Of a stretch of 64,000 nucleotides of DNA, positions 1 to 10,964 are shown in pieces. Positions within the stretch are counted from its first letter, which is position 1. Every line of letters starts with the position of its first letter. Position numbers and translations under genes: made by a program. This DNA is from Chlorokybus atmophyticus (taxonomy: Eukaryota > Plantae > Mesostigma and Chlorokybus algae), in assembly GCA_009103225.1 (NCBI GenBank), contig RHPI01002836.1:234578-298577 (forward strand), in the 5' to 3' direction. The notes below the pieces were generated by a model, which saw only the letters and a program-made list of their open reading frames with translations, did not search any database and was not told the DNA's origin.

Positions 1-112
1 ACGCAAAAGGGCCTAATAAAGCTTTACCAAAGCCTTTATTAAGCCAGCAAAAAAGGCAAAGCAAGTGCTTTATGTACAATACAAAGTACAGGGAATGCTC
101 CAGGCTGTTACA
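1..112 (-). repeat. 3' LTR (partial) of chromovirus
   Basis: Near-identical to ~7486-7594, ends ...GGCTGTTACA, and directly abuts the purine tract (minus strand CCAAGGGGGGAAGGGG). Confidence 0.92.
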
Positions 113-1063
113 CCCCTTCCCCCCTTGGGGAGCTTTGTCCTCAAGCTGACGAGTGCCTCCTCTGGCTTTGTACTCCTGCAAAATCTGGTTGGCATTGGTG
201 AAGCTCTCCTCGGGTTCGTACGTAGCCTCGTGCATCGGATAGCCGCGCCACTTCACCAAGTACTTGCGCACACCTCCCATCAGCTTGTCCTTGATGATTG
301 CCTCCACCTCCCACTCAGCTTGGCCCTCACGAACCAAAACCTGAGGCGGACGGTGGCGGCTCCCCCTTGTAAGCTTTAAGGAGCGAGACATAAAAAACGG
401 GGTGCACGCGCATGGTATCGGGCAGCTCCAGCTTGTAGGCTTTGTCCGAGATGACCTTGATCACTTTGAAAGGTCCCAACCATTGCTCACTCAGCTTGCG
501 CACACCCGTAACCAGCTGCATGCTTTGTCGAGAGCATCACACGGTCACCCTCCGAAAAGACAATACGCTTGCGATGCACATCGGCGTATTGTTTTTGCCT
601 GTTTTGTGCCACAATCAGAGCCTCACGAGCTGCCTTGCTGATGTTTGCACACTTCGAGAAAGCCATCCACGGCCTCTACATCTGAACATTGCATGCTAGG
701 CGCCCATGCCATCAACGGCGTCAACGGATGTTGCCCATAGTTCATGAGAAAAGGTGTCACGCCCGTGCTTGCACTGTTGTGGTTGTTGATGGTAAACTCA
801 ATCAGCTCCAGCATGTCTCCCCAATTGTCTTGTCGGCTGTTCACATAGCACCGTAACATGTCCTCAACCACACGGTTGGTGCGTTCAGTTTGGCCGTCCG
901 TCTCGGGGTGGTATGCAATGCTGAACTTCAAGGTCGTGCCCAAAGCTGAATGGAGAGCCTTCCAAAAGTTTCCCGTGAACCGCGGGTCCCTATCACTTAC
1001 AATGCTCCTCGGGAGGCCATGAGAGCGCACCACATGCTTGATGAACAACTTGGCAGCCTCTGA
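113..1063 (-). pseudogene. pol: Integrase core C-terminal half, GPF motif and chromodomain (frameshifted)
   Basis: Translations include HPETDGQTERTNR, WLGPFKV and EWEVEAIIKDKLMGGVRKYLVKWRGYPMHEATYEPEE (chromodomain), split over several frames. Confidence 0.92.
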
Positions 1064-1081
1064 TATGCCTCTGATACGCAG

Positions 1082-1095
1082 TGGTATCGGAGCCC
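1082..1095 (+). promoter_or_regulatory. Primer-binding site (tRNA-Met 3' end type) of inverted internal copy
   Basis: TGGTATCGGAGCCC; the same sequence is on the minus strand at 6864-6877 next to the LTR. Confidence 0.85.
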
Positions 1096-1167
1096 TTGGG
1101 AGGGTTGGGTTTCTTGTTTAAAGGGGATTTTAACTATATCTCTAGTGTGTGAGGTATTTTTCTGTTT

Positions 1168-2214
1168 ATGGACGTTATCATGGATGATGCATGTGTTGTG
1201 GAGCTTCAGCAAGTGCTGGTGGCTGCTCATGGGGAGCTGCAACGTGTTCAAGCATCTGCCCAAGCTCAAGCGGCACAATTTCAAGAAGTCTTGGCGCAAG
1301 CGCGTGCGGCTACGCCTATTGCTGCACCTGTGGCTCTTCCACCAGCCTCTCGTCACGTGAAAGTGCAAAAACCGAAGCCATTCAAGGGCCAGAGGGAAGG
1401 TGACTGCGTCGAGGAATGGGTGTTTGCTGTCTCTTCATGGTTGAAGCTTACCGAGGTACCCGTACATCTCCATGTCGATGTGGATGCTACTTTCTTTGAG
1501 GGAGCTGCACTTGTGTGGTGGCGTCATCGTTGTGCTCGTGTGGAAGCTGGTCTTGAGGTTCCCTTTATCACCGTGGCTGAGCTAGCCGTTGAGGTGACGA
1601 AACAGTTCGTACCGGTGCAAAGCATGAAGACGGCACGCGATCAGCTCTCTATACTTGTGCAAACGCAGTCCGTGATGGCCTATACCTCTGCGTTTCAGCG
1701 TCTTGTGCTCTCCATACCCAACATAACTGAGGAGGAGCAGCTGGACCGCTACACGCGCGGGTTGAAGACTCTTTGTCGCAAGGAAGTTCAGCTTCGTGAC
1801 GCCAAGTCTCTTGCGGAGGCCATTCGCATCGCCGAGCGTACGGACGTGTTGTATTTCAAGGGTACTGCCAAAGACACTGATCGTGGGCGCTTCACTCAAT
1901 CACGGGGAGGTTCGTATCGCTCATACACACCTTTTGGAGCTGCTTCGGGAGCTGCAACGGCTGCGGGGGCTGGCTCGGGACCTACACCAATGGAGTTGGG
2001 TGTTCTCCATGCTTCAAAGAGGGGTGTGAAGGGTCGGGAAGATGCCAAGGCAGTTCGGAAGTGTTGGGAGTGCTCTTTCACTGAACATATGCGCTCCAAC
2101 TGTCCCATCTTCAAGGCAAAGTCGGCTGCACATGCACGCAACGCGCGCGGTGGTGGACGTGTGAATACGGTGGAGGAGGAGATGTTGCAGTCGGGAAAGG
2201 GCTCACCTCAGTAG
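1168..2214 (+). CDS. gag: Gag (retrotransposon capsid domain plus CCHC zinc knuckle)
   Basis: 348-aa ORF with QTQSVMAYTSAF capsid-like motif and CWECSFTEHMRSNC knuckle. Confidence 0.9.
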   Translation: MDVIMDDACVVELQQVLVAAHGELQRVQASAQAQAAQFQEVLAQARAATPIAAPVALPPASRHVKVQKPKPFKGQREGDCVEEWVFAVSSWLKLTEVPVHLHVDVDATFFEGAALVWWRHRCARVEAGLEVPFITVAELAVEVTKQFVPVQSMKTARDQLSILVQTQSVMAYTSAFQRLVLSIPNITEEEQLDRYTRGLKTLCRKEVQLRDAKSLAEAIRIAERTDVLYFKGTAKDTDRGRFTQSRGGSYRSYTPFGAASGAATAAGAGSGPTPMELGVLHASKRGVKGREDAKAVRKCWECSFTEHMRSNCPIFKAKSAAHARNARGGGRVNTVEEEMLQSGKGSPQ

Positions 2215-2235
2215 CTAAGGAGGCTGCTGCTGGGG
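2193..2235 (+). promoter_or_regulatory. Candidate -1 programmed ribosomal frameshift signal (gag to pol)
   Basis: G GGA AAG heptamer in gag phase at 2193-2199 (G GGA AAC in the minus copy). A 10-bp stem CCTCAGTAGC/GCTGCTGGGG starts 6 nt later. The -1 frame is open into the protease ATG at 2241. Confidence 0.65.
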
Positions 2236-2240
2236 TTGAG

Positions 2241-4820
2241 ATGGAGCCTCATTCTGATGTTGACAGCTCAGAGCCTTTCGTGGATGCGTCGGTGACTGTT
2301 GGCGGCATGTGCGGCGCAATGGCGACGCGGAACGGTGTGGTTCGTGTGCCCGACGAGGTGAGGCAGTTGCTGACAGTCACGACCATGATTCGTAAGGGTC
2401 ATGGGCCTTGGGTGGAGTGCAAATTGCTGATGGATAGTGGCGCGAACAGCAACTTCATGAATCGGGAGGTTGCGCGTCGACACAAGTGGCTCTCGTGGGC
2501 AAATGCCGGCTCCGTGACTCTCGCGGACAACCGTGCGCCAACCGGAGCTACGAAGCCGAGCAAAGAGCTTGAGGTCCACGTGGGGATGATGAAGGATAGC
2601 GTACGGTTTTGCTGCATCAAGCTCGGCAACGGCTTTGATGGCATTTTGGGGCTACCTTGGCTTTGGACACACAAGCCCGCCATTGGAGGAGGCGCCTAAT
2701 TGCTGCCCCGGAAGGTGGTGGTATGGCTATGACTTGCTTGGGTGCTTCTTCCCGTGGTGAGTGTTTGATTCAAGAGCGTGTGAGCTGCGTCGCAGCTGCC
2801 AGCTATGCACCGCATGCGCGTGAGGTGCATGGCGTAAAGGCGTGCCAGCAAGATGCACAACAACATGCTTTTAGCTCAAGGGGGGAGGCTCCGGAGCTGG
2901 TGTCACAAGTTTCTGAGGCTGAGATGGAGCAGATCTGGTCCAGGAACGATGTGAAGGATGCATGGTTGTGTATGGTGCGTGACACACCGCCAAAGTCCGA
3001 TCCGAAGCTGGTCGGCACTGGTGTGGAGGGTTCAGAAGACCCTGAGATGCAGAAGTTGCTTGAAGAGTTCAAAGACATCATGGTGGACGGGTTACCATCT
3101 GGTTTGCCACCCACGCGCAGCGTTGATCACCATGTGGAGCTCGTTGAGGGCGTGCACAAGCCGCCGTACAGACCGGTGTACAAGTTGTCTTTGGCTGAGC
3201 TCGAGGAGACGGAGAGACAAATTGAGGACCTTCTGCAACGTGGATACATCAGGCCTAGCAAGTCTCCTTATGGTGCACCTATCTTGTTTGTGCGCAAGAA
3301 GAACGGAGCCTTGCGCATGTGCGTTGATTACCGGCCGCTCAACAACATCACGAAGAAGAATGTGTTTCCTTTGCCTCGCATCGATGAGTTGTTGGAGCAG
3401 CTAGAGGGTGCTGAGTTCTTCACAAGCTTGGCTAGCGGCTACCATCAGATCCGCGTAGCACCCGAGGACATTGAGAAAACGGCATTCACCACTCGCTATG
3501 GTCATTACGAGTGGTTGGTGATGTCGTTCGGAATGATCAACGCTCCGGCAACCTTTCAAACCTTGATGAACGGTGTCTTTGCTGATCTGATTGGCAAGGG
3601 TGTCCTCGTGTACCTCGATGACATTCTCGTGTACACGAAGAGCAAGAGAGAGCACATGGCGTTGCTACATGAGGTGATGCAGCGTCGACGTGCAAACAAG
3701 TTGTTCGCTCAGCTCAACAAGTGCCGTTTCTTGCTGCAAGAGGTAGAGTACCTCGGTCATCTTGTCTCCAAGCAAGGGATCAAGGCGGACCCTAACAAGA
3801 TTGCGGCGGTGCGCGATTGGACTGCCCCGAAGAATGTGAAGGATGTCATGTCGTTCCTAGGGCTGGCCGGCTATTATCGCAAGTTTGTGAAAGGCTTCTC
3901 GCACTTGGCATCACCATTGACGGCATTGTTGAAGAAGGGGGTGAGCTGGAGCTGGTCGGAGGCTGAAATGAAGGCGTTTTTTGACTTGAAATCGGCCTTA
4001 ACATCAGCACCCGTGCTGGTGCATCCCAACATGCAATTGCCCTTCGTGGTGGCGTGTGACGCTTCCGATAAGGCCGTCGGAGCTGTGTTGCAGCAAGATC
4101 ACGGCAACGGCTTGCAGCCGGTGGCAATTTTTAATAAGAAGTTGAGTGAAGCCGAGCTTAACTACCCCGTTCATGAGAAGGAATTGCTGGCGCAAGTGCT
4201 GGCGCTACGGCAATGGCGTTGTTTCCTTGAGGGCAAGCGCTTCACACTTGAAACGGACCACTTGCCAGTGAGGTTCCTTCAAACGCAGCCTCATCTCTTG
4301 CGGCGGCAAGCTCGTTGGCTCGAGTTCTTCCAACTCCTCGACTTCGAAGTCAAGTACAAGCCCGGCTATTCGAACAAGGTTGCGGACGCGTTGAGTCGGT
4401 ACCCCATTGCCATTGAAACGGTTGTACAAGTGCAGCCGGAGTGGGTGGACCAGATCCGAGCCTTGTTGCATGAGGACGCCGTCGGTAAGAAGGCTATCGA
4501 GGCGCTCGAGGACGGAACTGATCATGGCGGCCTTTGGGCTTAAAGGACGGGCTGCTATGGCATGGGGATCGCATGTACATACCCAACATTGCGTACATGC
4601 GCGTGGAATTGATGAAGGAAGCACACGATGCGCCAATGGCTGGTCATCAAGGGCTCGAGCGGACGCTAGCCTTGTTGAAACAGCGATTTTTCTGGTCGGA
4701 GATGCATCGTGATGTTAAAGACTATGTGGCATTGTGCGACACTTGTCAAAGGGTAAAGGCGAGCAACCGACGAGCCAGCGGGCTGCTCCAACCGTTGCTG
4801 ATACCTTTGACGAAGGCTGA
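2241..4820 (+). pseudogene. pol: Pol: aspartic protease, RT, RNase H and integrase Zn-binding N-terminus (frameshifted, truncated)
   Basis: LMDSGA protease motif, YLDD RT motif, CDASDKAVGAVL RNase H motif, HDAPMAGH...CDTC. Frame breaks near 2685 and 4540; ends after QPLLIP. Confidence 0.92.
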
Positions 4821-4872
4821 TCGTAACCGAAGGCGGACGAGGTGGCGGCTCCCCCTTGTAAGCTTTAAGGAG

Positions 4873-6878
4873 CGTCCACCATGATGTCTTGAACTCTTCA
4901 AGCAACTTCTGCACCTCAGGGTCTTTTGAACCCTCTACACCAGTGCCGACCAGCTTCGGATCGGACTTTGGCGGTGTGTCACGCACCATACACAACCATG
5001 CGACCTTCACGTCGTTCCCGAACCAGATCTGCTCCATCTCAACCTTAGAAACTTGTGACACCAGCTCCGGAGCCTCCCCCCTCGAGCTAGAAGCATGATG
5101 TTGTGCATCTTGCTGGCACGCCTTCACGCCATGCACCTCACGCGCATGCGGTGCATTGCTGGCAGCTGCGACGCAGCTCACACGCTCCTAAATCAAACAC
5201 TCACTACGGGAAGAAGCACCCAAGCAAGTCATAGCCATACCACCACCTTCCGGGGCAGCAATTAGGCGCCTCCTCCAATGGCGGGGTTGTGTGTCCAAAG
5301 CCAAGGTAGCCCCAACATGCCATCAAAGCCGTTGCCGAGCTCGATGCAGCAAAACCGTATGCTATCCTTCATCATCCCCACGTGGACTTCAAGCTCTTTG
5401 CTCAGCTTCGTAGCTCCGGTTGGTGCACGGCCGTCCGCGAGAGTCACAGAGCCGGCATTCGCCCACGAGAGCCACTTGTGTCGACGCGCAACCTCCCAAT
5501 TCATGAAGTTGCTGTTCGCGCCACTATCCACCAGCAATTTGCACTCCACCCAAGGCCCATGACCCTTACGAATCATGGCCGTGACTGTCAGCAACTGCCT
5601 CGCCTCGTCGGGCACACGATCCACACCGTTCCGTGTCGCCGTTGCGCCGCACATGCCGCCAACAGTCACCGAAGCATCCACGAAAGGCTCTGAGCTGTCA
5701 ACATCAGAATGAGGCTCCATTTCAACCCCAGCAGCAGCCTCCTTAGCTACTGAGGTGAGCCGTTTCCCGACTGCAACATCTCCTCCTCCACCGTATTCAC
5801 ACGTCCACCACCGCGCGCGTTGCGTGCATGTGCAGCCGACTTTGCCTTGAAGATGGGACAGTTGGAGCGCATATGTTCAGTGAAAGAGCACTCCCAACAC
5901 TTCCGAACTGCCTTGGCATCTTCCCGACCCTTCACACCCCTCTTTGAAGCATGGAGAACACCCAACTCCATTGGTGTAGGTCCCGAGCCAGCCCCCGCAG
6001 CCGTTGCAGCTCCCGAACCAGCTTCAAAAGGTGTGTATGAGCGATACGAACCTCCGTGATTGAGTGAAGCGCCCACAATCAGTGTCTTTGGCAGTACCCT
6101 TGAAATACAACACGTCCGTACGCTCGGCGATGCGAATGGCCTCCGCAAGAGACTTGGCGTCACGAAGCTGAACTTCCTTGCGACAAAGAGTCTTCAACCC
6201 GCGCGTGTAGCGGTCCAGCTGCTCCTCCTCAGTCATGTTGGGTATGGAGAGCACAAGACGCTGAAACGCAGAGGTATAGGCCATCACGGACTGCGTTGGC
6301 ACAAGTGTAGAAAGCTGATCGCGTGCCGTCTTCATGCTTTGCACCGGTACGAACTGTTTCTTCACCTCAGCGGCCAGCTCAGCCACGGTGACAAAGGGAA
6401 CCTCAAGACCAGCTTCCACACGAGCACAACGATGACGCCACCACACAAGTGCAGCTCCCTCAAAGAAAGTAGCATCCACATCGACATGGAGATGTGCGGG
6501 TACCTCGGTGAGCTTCAACCATGAAGAGACAGCAAACACCCATTCCTCGACGCAGTCACCATCCCTCTGGCCCTTGAATGGCTTCGGTTTTGGCACTTTC
6601 ACGTGACGAGAGGCTGGTGGAAGAGCCACAGGTGCAGCAATAGGCGTAGCCGCACGCGCTTGCGCCAAGACTTCTTGAAATTGTGCCGCTTGAGCTTGGG
6701 CAAATGCTTGAACACGTTGCAGCTCCTCATGAGCAGCCACCAGCACTTGCTGAAGGTCCACAACACGTGCATCATCCATGGTAGCGTCCATAAACAGAAT
6801 AATACCTCACACACCAGAGATATAGTAGAAATCCCCTTTAAACAAGAAACCCAACCCTTCCAAGGGCTCCGATACCAC
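4873..6878 (-). pseudogene. gag: Second copy of PBS-gag-protease-start of pol (inverted relative to 1081-3085)
   Basis: ORFs 6024-6791 and 5747-6163 (gag with a 2-bp deletion), 5262-5720 (protease) and 4666-5181 are near-identical to the plus copy. Confidence 0.92.
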
Positions 6879-7594
6879 TGTAACGATGCTCGTGCTCACA
6901 CACAAGTCATACAACACATGTGTGTAGCTGAGCACTGTCTTCACACCGGAACCTTGCCTTCTCCCCACCGGGATTAGGGTTAGGGTTAGTGTTAGGGTTA
7001 GGGCGCTTGTTCCCGCGCACGCACGCACGCGTCGAGCACGCACACGCACACGAACACTACTACTTCCCACGCCAAGCAAGAACGCAGCAGTGTGCCTTGG
7101 ATCACGCCTCTCTCAAGCATACACCAGCATACTCACAGCAGAGAGCAAAAGCAAAGTTGGTATTACACTGGGGTTTTTCCTATTATACAAGCACAAGGAA
7201 ATAGCATCCTAATTAACAGGCAATTTATTCACTACCAAATCTAAAGGACGGGTCCAAGTGCAGGCTGCTGCCACTCGCATCGGCGCACTGTGCAGTCCGC
7301 GTCACATCATGCGCCTCTCGGCGTCACACGTCGGCCTCTGACTATGCAGTCCGCGTCACCTGGCACTGCACAGCGCGGGTCCAGTCAGCAACGACGTCAC
7401 TGCTGCCTGGCAGTAGGTCACGTCGCCGGCAGGCAGCTGCTACTGGGCTGGTCGCAGGAGAAGTCGCGCGCGGCAGCAGAGTTGACGCAAAAGGGCCTAA
7501 TAAAGCTTTACCAAAGCCTTTATTAAGCCAGCAAAAAAGGCAAAGCAAGTGCTTTATGTACAATAAAGTACAGGGAATGCTCCAGGCTGTTACA
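6879..7594 (-). repeat. 5' LTR of chromovirus (~716 bp)
   Basis: TGTAAC...GTTACA termini, adjacent PBS, and match to 1-112. Contains (TTAGGG)-type units at 6974-7003. Confidence 0.9.
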
Positions 7595-9988
7595 GGCCCC
7601 CACCGGCCCGCGAGTGACTCCCCTACCTTGGTTGAAAAAATTTACCAAGGCTTTGCTAGGAACTATCTTAGGCGCTTTGCCTATTGCTAGATCACTCTTT
7701 GCCCACTTAGATCACTTAAGATCAATTGGACGCTTGCTCTAGCAACCTCTCATGTACCCAACACTTTTCGTAAAGATAAAATCCTCCCATGGGCGTGGGT
7801 CGTGGCGGCGAGCGCATTGCGTGCGTCGCCGATGCCTTGGTTGATTTTTCGCGACATTTTGTCGCACATGAACTTTATATTAGTTCACTCGCGAACTAAT
7901 TTTAGTTCACTCTTTACTTAGCGGCTTCGGCCCCCTCTATGCCCTTTTTCATAGTTCATAGGTTTCAACATTAGTTCATGAGTGAACTAATTGTTAATTG
8001 TAGTTGAAACCAAAATCCCCCTTGTATTTTGCAACCGCCGTTTCCTTGCGTGCGGTCGCGGGAGGGTGCGCGGCACTACTTGCGTGCGCGCGAACCTCCC
8101 TAGCGGTGTGGGTCAAGGACTTAGCCGTTTTTACAACATTTGCTCCAACGGCCATGAACTAACTTTAGTTCACTAGTGAACCAACTGTAGTTCACTGAAC
8201 TAATTGGTTCATACATGATTCAACTTCGCCGCTAGGTAGTTCACTTCGTTTTCTAGGGTACTTGAACTATTTAATTCGCCTTTCGCAAACTCCATGTGAA
8301 CTATATTTAGTTCACTGTAGCAATTAATTCAGTGAAGTACTTTAGTTCACTTTTTGCGAATTCACTAACTCCTCATAATAGTTCACTCCTCAATGACTTA
8401 GTACCCTTTGTTTGATATAGCTAAGCCTAATTCCCCTTAAGTCAATGGCGAACTATGAACGTCGTAAGTGAACTAATCAGTTGATTCACTTTGGTTCACT
8501 TGTGAACTATTCTGTTAGTTCACTTGTGAACTAATTCCTTTTCTCGCGGATGGCTTCCCTACCTACTTGGGCGTGCCCGCGACTTTTCCAGTCGCGGGCC
8601 CGGCTCCCCCTTGAAATTATGGGCGCCGCAAATTGTTTGCGCGGCGCCCTTATTCGGTTATATCATTTATTTTCGGTTACTCGCTAATTCACTAATTAGC
8701 GATCTAAGTAGGTAGGTAGGTGGCGCGTTCTATTATCTTAGGTACATGTTTTCATGATTCAAATAGGCCGCCTTCAATGACCCCAAATGAACCTTATAAT
8801 TACACATGCTCTTTTTCATGATTTTTAAAGTGACCGAGCACCATACTCCGCATCACCCTACTATATCACAATATTCAAGTCAATGTGCTCTTATCTTCCT
8901 ATTCAATGTGCCCATACACATAATAACAAGGTAATTCCTAGTCCAACCACTTTAATTAGAAGCATTTACATGCATCCTAATTAGCCAGGTCTTTAATTAG
9001 CGATGTCACGCATTCATGTCAAAGCAAACACAATTACATGCATTCACAAAGCACTCATAACAAACCGAGATATAAACTCAGGTTTATTAAACTTTTGTCT
9101 TTCGCTAATTACACTTGGTTATACATTGTACATGGCTAGCTAAATAGCTATGCCGTAACAATGCTCCCCCTTTAGGTGTTGAGCGTCCCGCTCAACTTCA
9201 TCACTTCGCGTCCACGCGGAGTGTATACACGCTTCTTTCACCTACGAAACGCAAAGCATGATCAATACTTTGATAGGTTAAAACGCGTATTATTCTTCTA
9301 AAGGTGGATATCTTTTCAAGAAATGGACTACCTGGACTTCATTGTTGGGCCGCCGTGAGGTCTCTCCAATATTTCTTAATCAGGAGCGGACAATGCATGT
9401 CGGGTTCGTCAACCCATTCACACGCTTCCACCGGATGGCCCTTCTATTTCACAAAATAACTTGGAGATAGGTTGTCAGCTCGACCTCATACTCCCAATCT
9501 CCTTCAATAAGAATTGGGGGTGGTGGTGGTTGCACCGACCCATCTGAGCGACAATTTCTTATCGCCGAAGCATGGAAATTATTGTGCATTCTTAGGGCTG
9601 ATGGTAGTCTAATTCATAGCTTACCTCCCCTATCTGTTTTATTACCTTAAATGGTCCAAGCCATCGCGGTAACAAATTTCCGGACTCCATCTATTGTAGG
9701 AGCCAATGCACTTACATATTTTCCACTAAGTAGGACCTGTTGGCCCACTTAAAAAACGGCCTCTTCCCTATGAGCATCGGCATATTGGCGCATACGATTT
9801 GGGTAGCTTTCAATTATAAGGCCCTTGTGGCCTCATTTTGCACTTGCCCTAATCGATTGGCCAATATTTCGGCTGATGGGTTGACTCTTTTCTTTCCACC
9901 CATTTTTTCTACCATCGCTTCAATTGAACCTCAATTGAACCTTAATGAGTGGCGGCCTGTCCCAAGCCAAAAGGGAGTCATCCCCGTT
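7595..9988 (-). mobile_element. Older degenerate chromovirus remnant: integrase C-terminus and chromodomain (~9190-9980), PPT and probable LTR (7595-9170)
   Basis: Minus-strand remnants MRQYADAHRE, RWLGPFKVIK, ILIEGDWEYEVE and YFVK*KGHPVEACEWVDEPDMH. PPT AAAGGGGGAGCAT is followed by TGTTACGG at 9170. Confidence 0.7.
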
Positions 9989-10964
9989 CACACGGAATTT
10001 TTTTCAACGGACCAGCCCTGGTCCGCACGTACGGACCAGGGCCAAAACGCCCGGGCGGCTTGGGGTCCGGACCAGGGTCGCCCGCCTTGGTTTGCACGCG
10101 GGGACCAGGGCTGGTCCAAACAGTACGTAATTGTCCCACGGTCCCCCAAAAAACCGGGCCAGCCCTGGTTGCTGTTATCATGACGAGCGCAATGGGACCA
10201 ATGCTGGTCTGCCATGCGTGTTGCTGCATGCACCAAGGATGGTCCGCTCTTGGCACAGTTCTGTCAAAAGCATCACCACTACTGGTCCCGAGTAGCAGGA
10301 CCATCCTTGGTTCGCACTGTGGGACCATGCATGGTCTACTTATATCTTAATGTCTAGCCCAGATGGTCTGCAAGGATGGTCCCGACTAGTGGGACCAACC
10401 ATGGCTTTGCTGGCGGGACCATGCCTGGTCCACACCCACCCATTTCTTTGTACCAGCTGAATCTCACTGCATTGGTCCATGCTTGCATCCAGGGACCAGC
10501 ATTGGTGCACGACACCCGCTGACATCCTGCACCAATGCTGGTCTATGACCCATGCACCAGCAATTCACGGTAACCCATTCTATTATATAGTGCGTGTCTG
10601 GCAATCAGCGAGACCTGCAGTGTCAAACATCTATGTTAACTACAGCAGTGTTCTCATAGCTACTAAGATCACCAGCGCTCATAGCCTGCCTATGATGAGA
10701 CTGAGCGCATGCTGCGCACACCACGTGATCTCGGCACTGCACGCACACGTTCCTTCTGTTCCATACTCTGCTCCATACTTGCAATTGTAGACGGCCTTTC
10801 AGATGAACGAGTGCACGCCGCGTGCGCCAACGACAGATAGTCGTAGACACTGCGCGCGCACACTGCATATGAGCAACACCGCAACTGTAAAACACAATGT
10901 ACATTTCTTAAAGAATAGACACGTAACAGTAGCAACATGCAACAGTTGCAACTTTGCACATCTC

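Larger units (their letters stand above)
1..7594 (-). mobile_element. Ty3/gypsy chromovirus LTR retrotransposon, internally rearranged (3' LTR cut by window start)
   Basis: 1-112 matches the last ~110 bp of LTR 6879-7594. PBS at 6864-6877 and PPT at 113-127 are on the minus strand. gag, PR, RT (YLDD), RNase H, integrase and chromodomain are all present in pieces. Confidence 0.93.
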
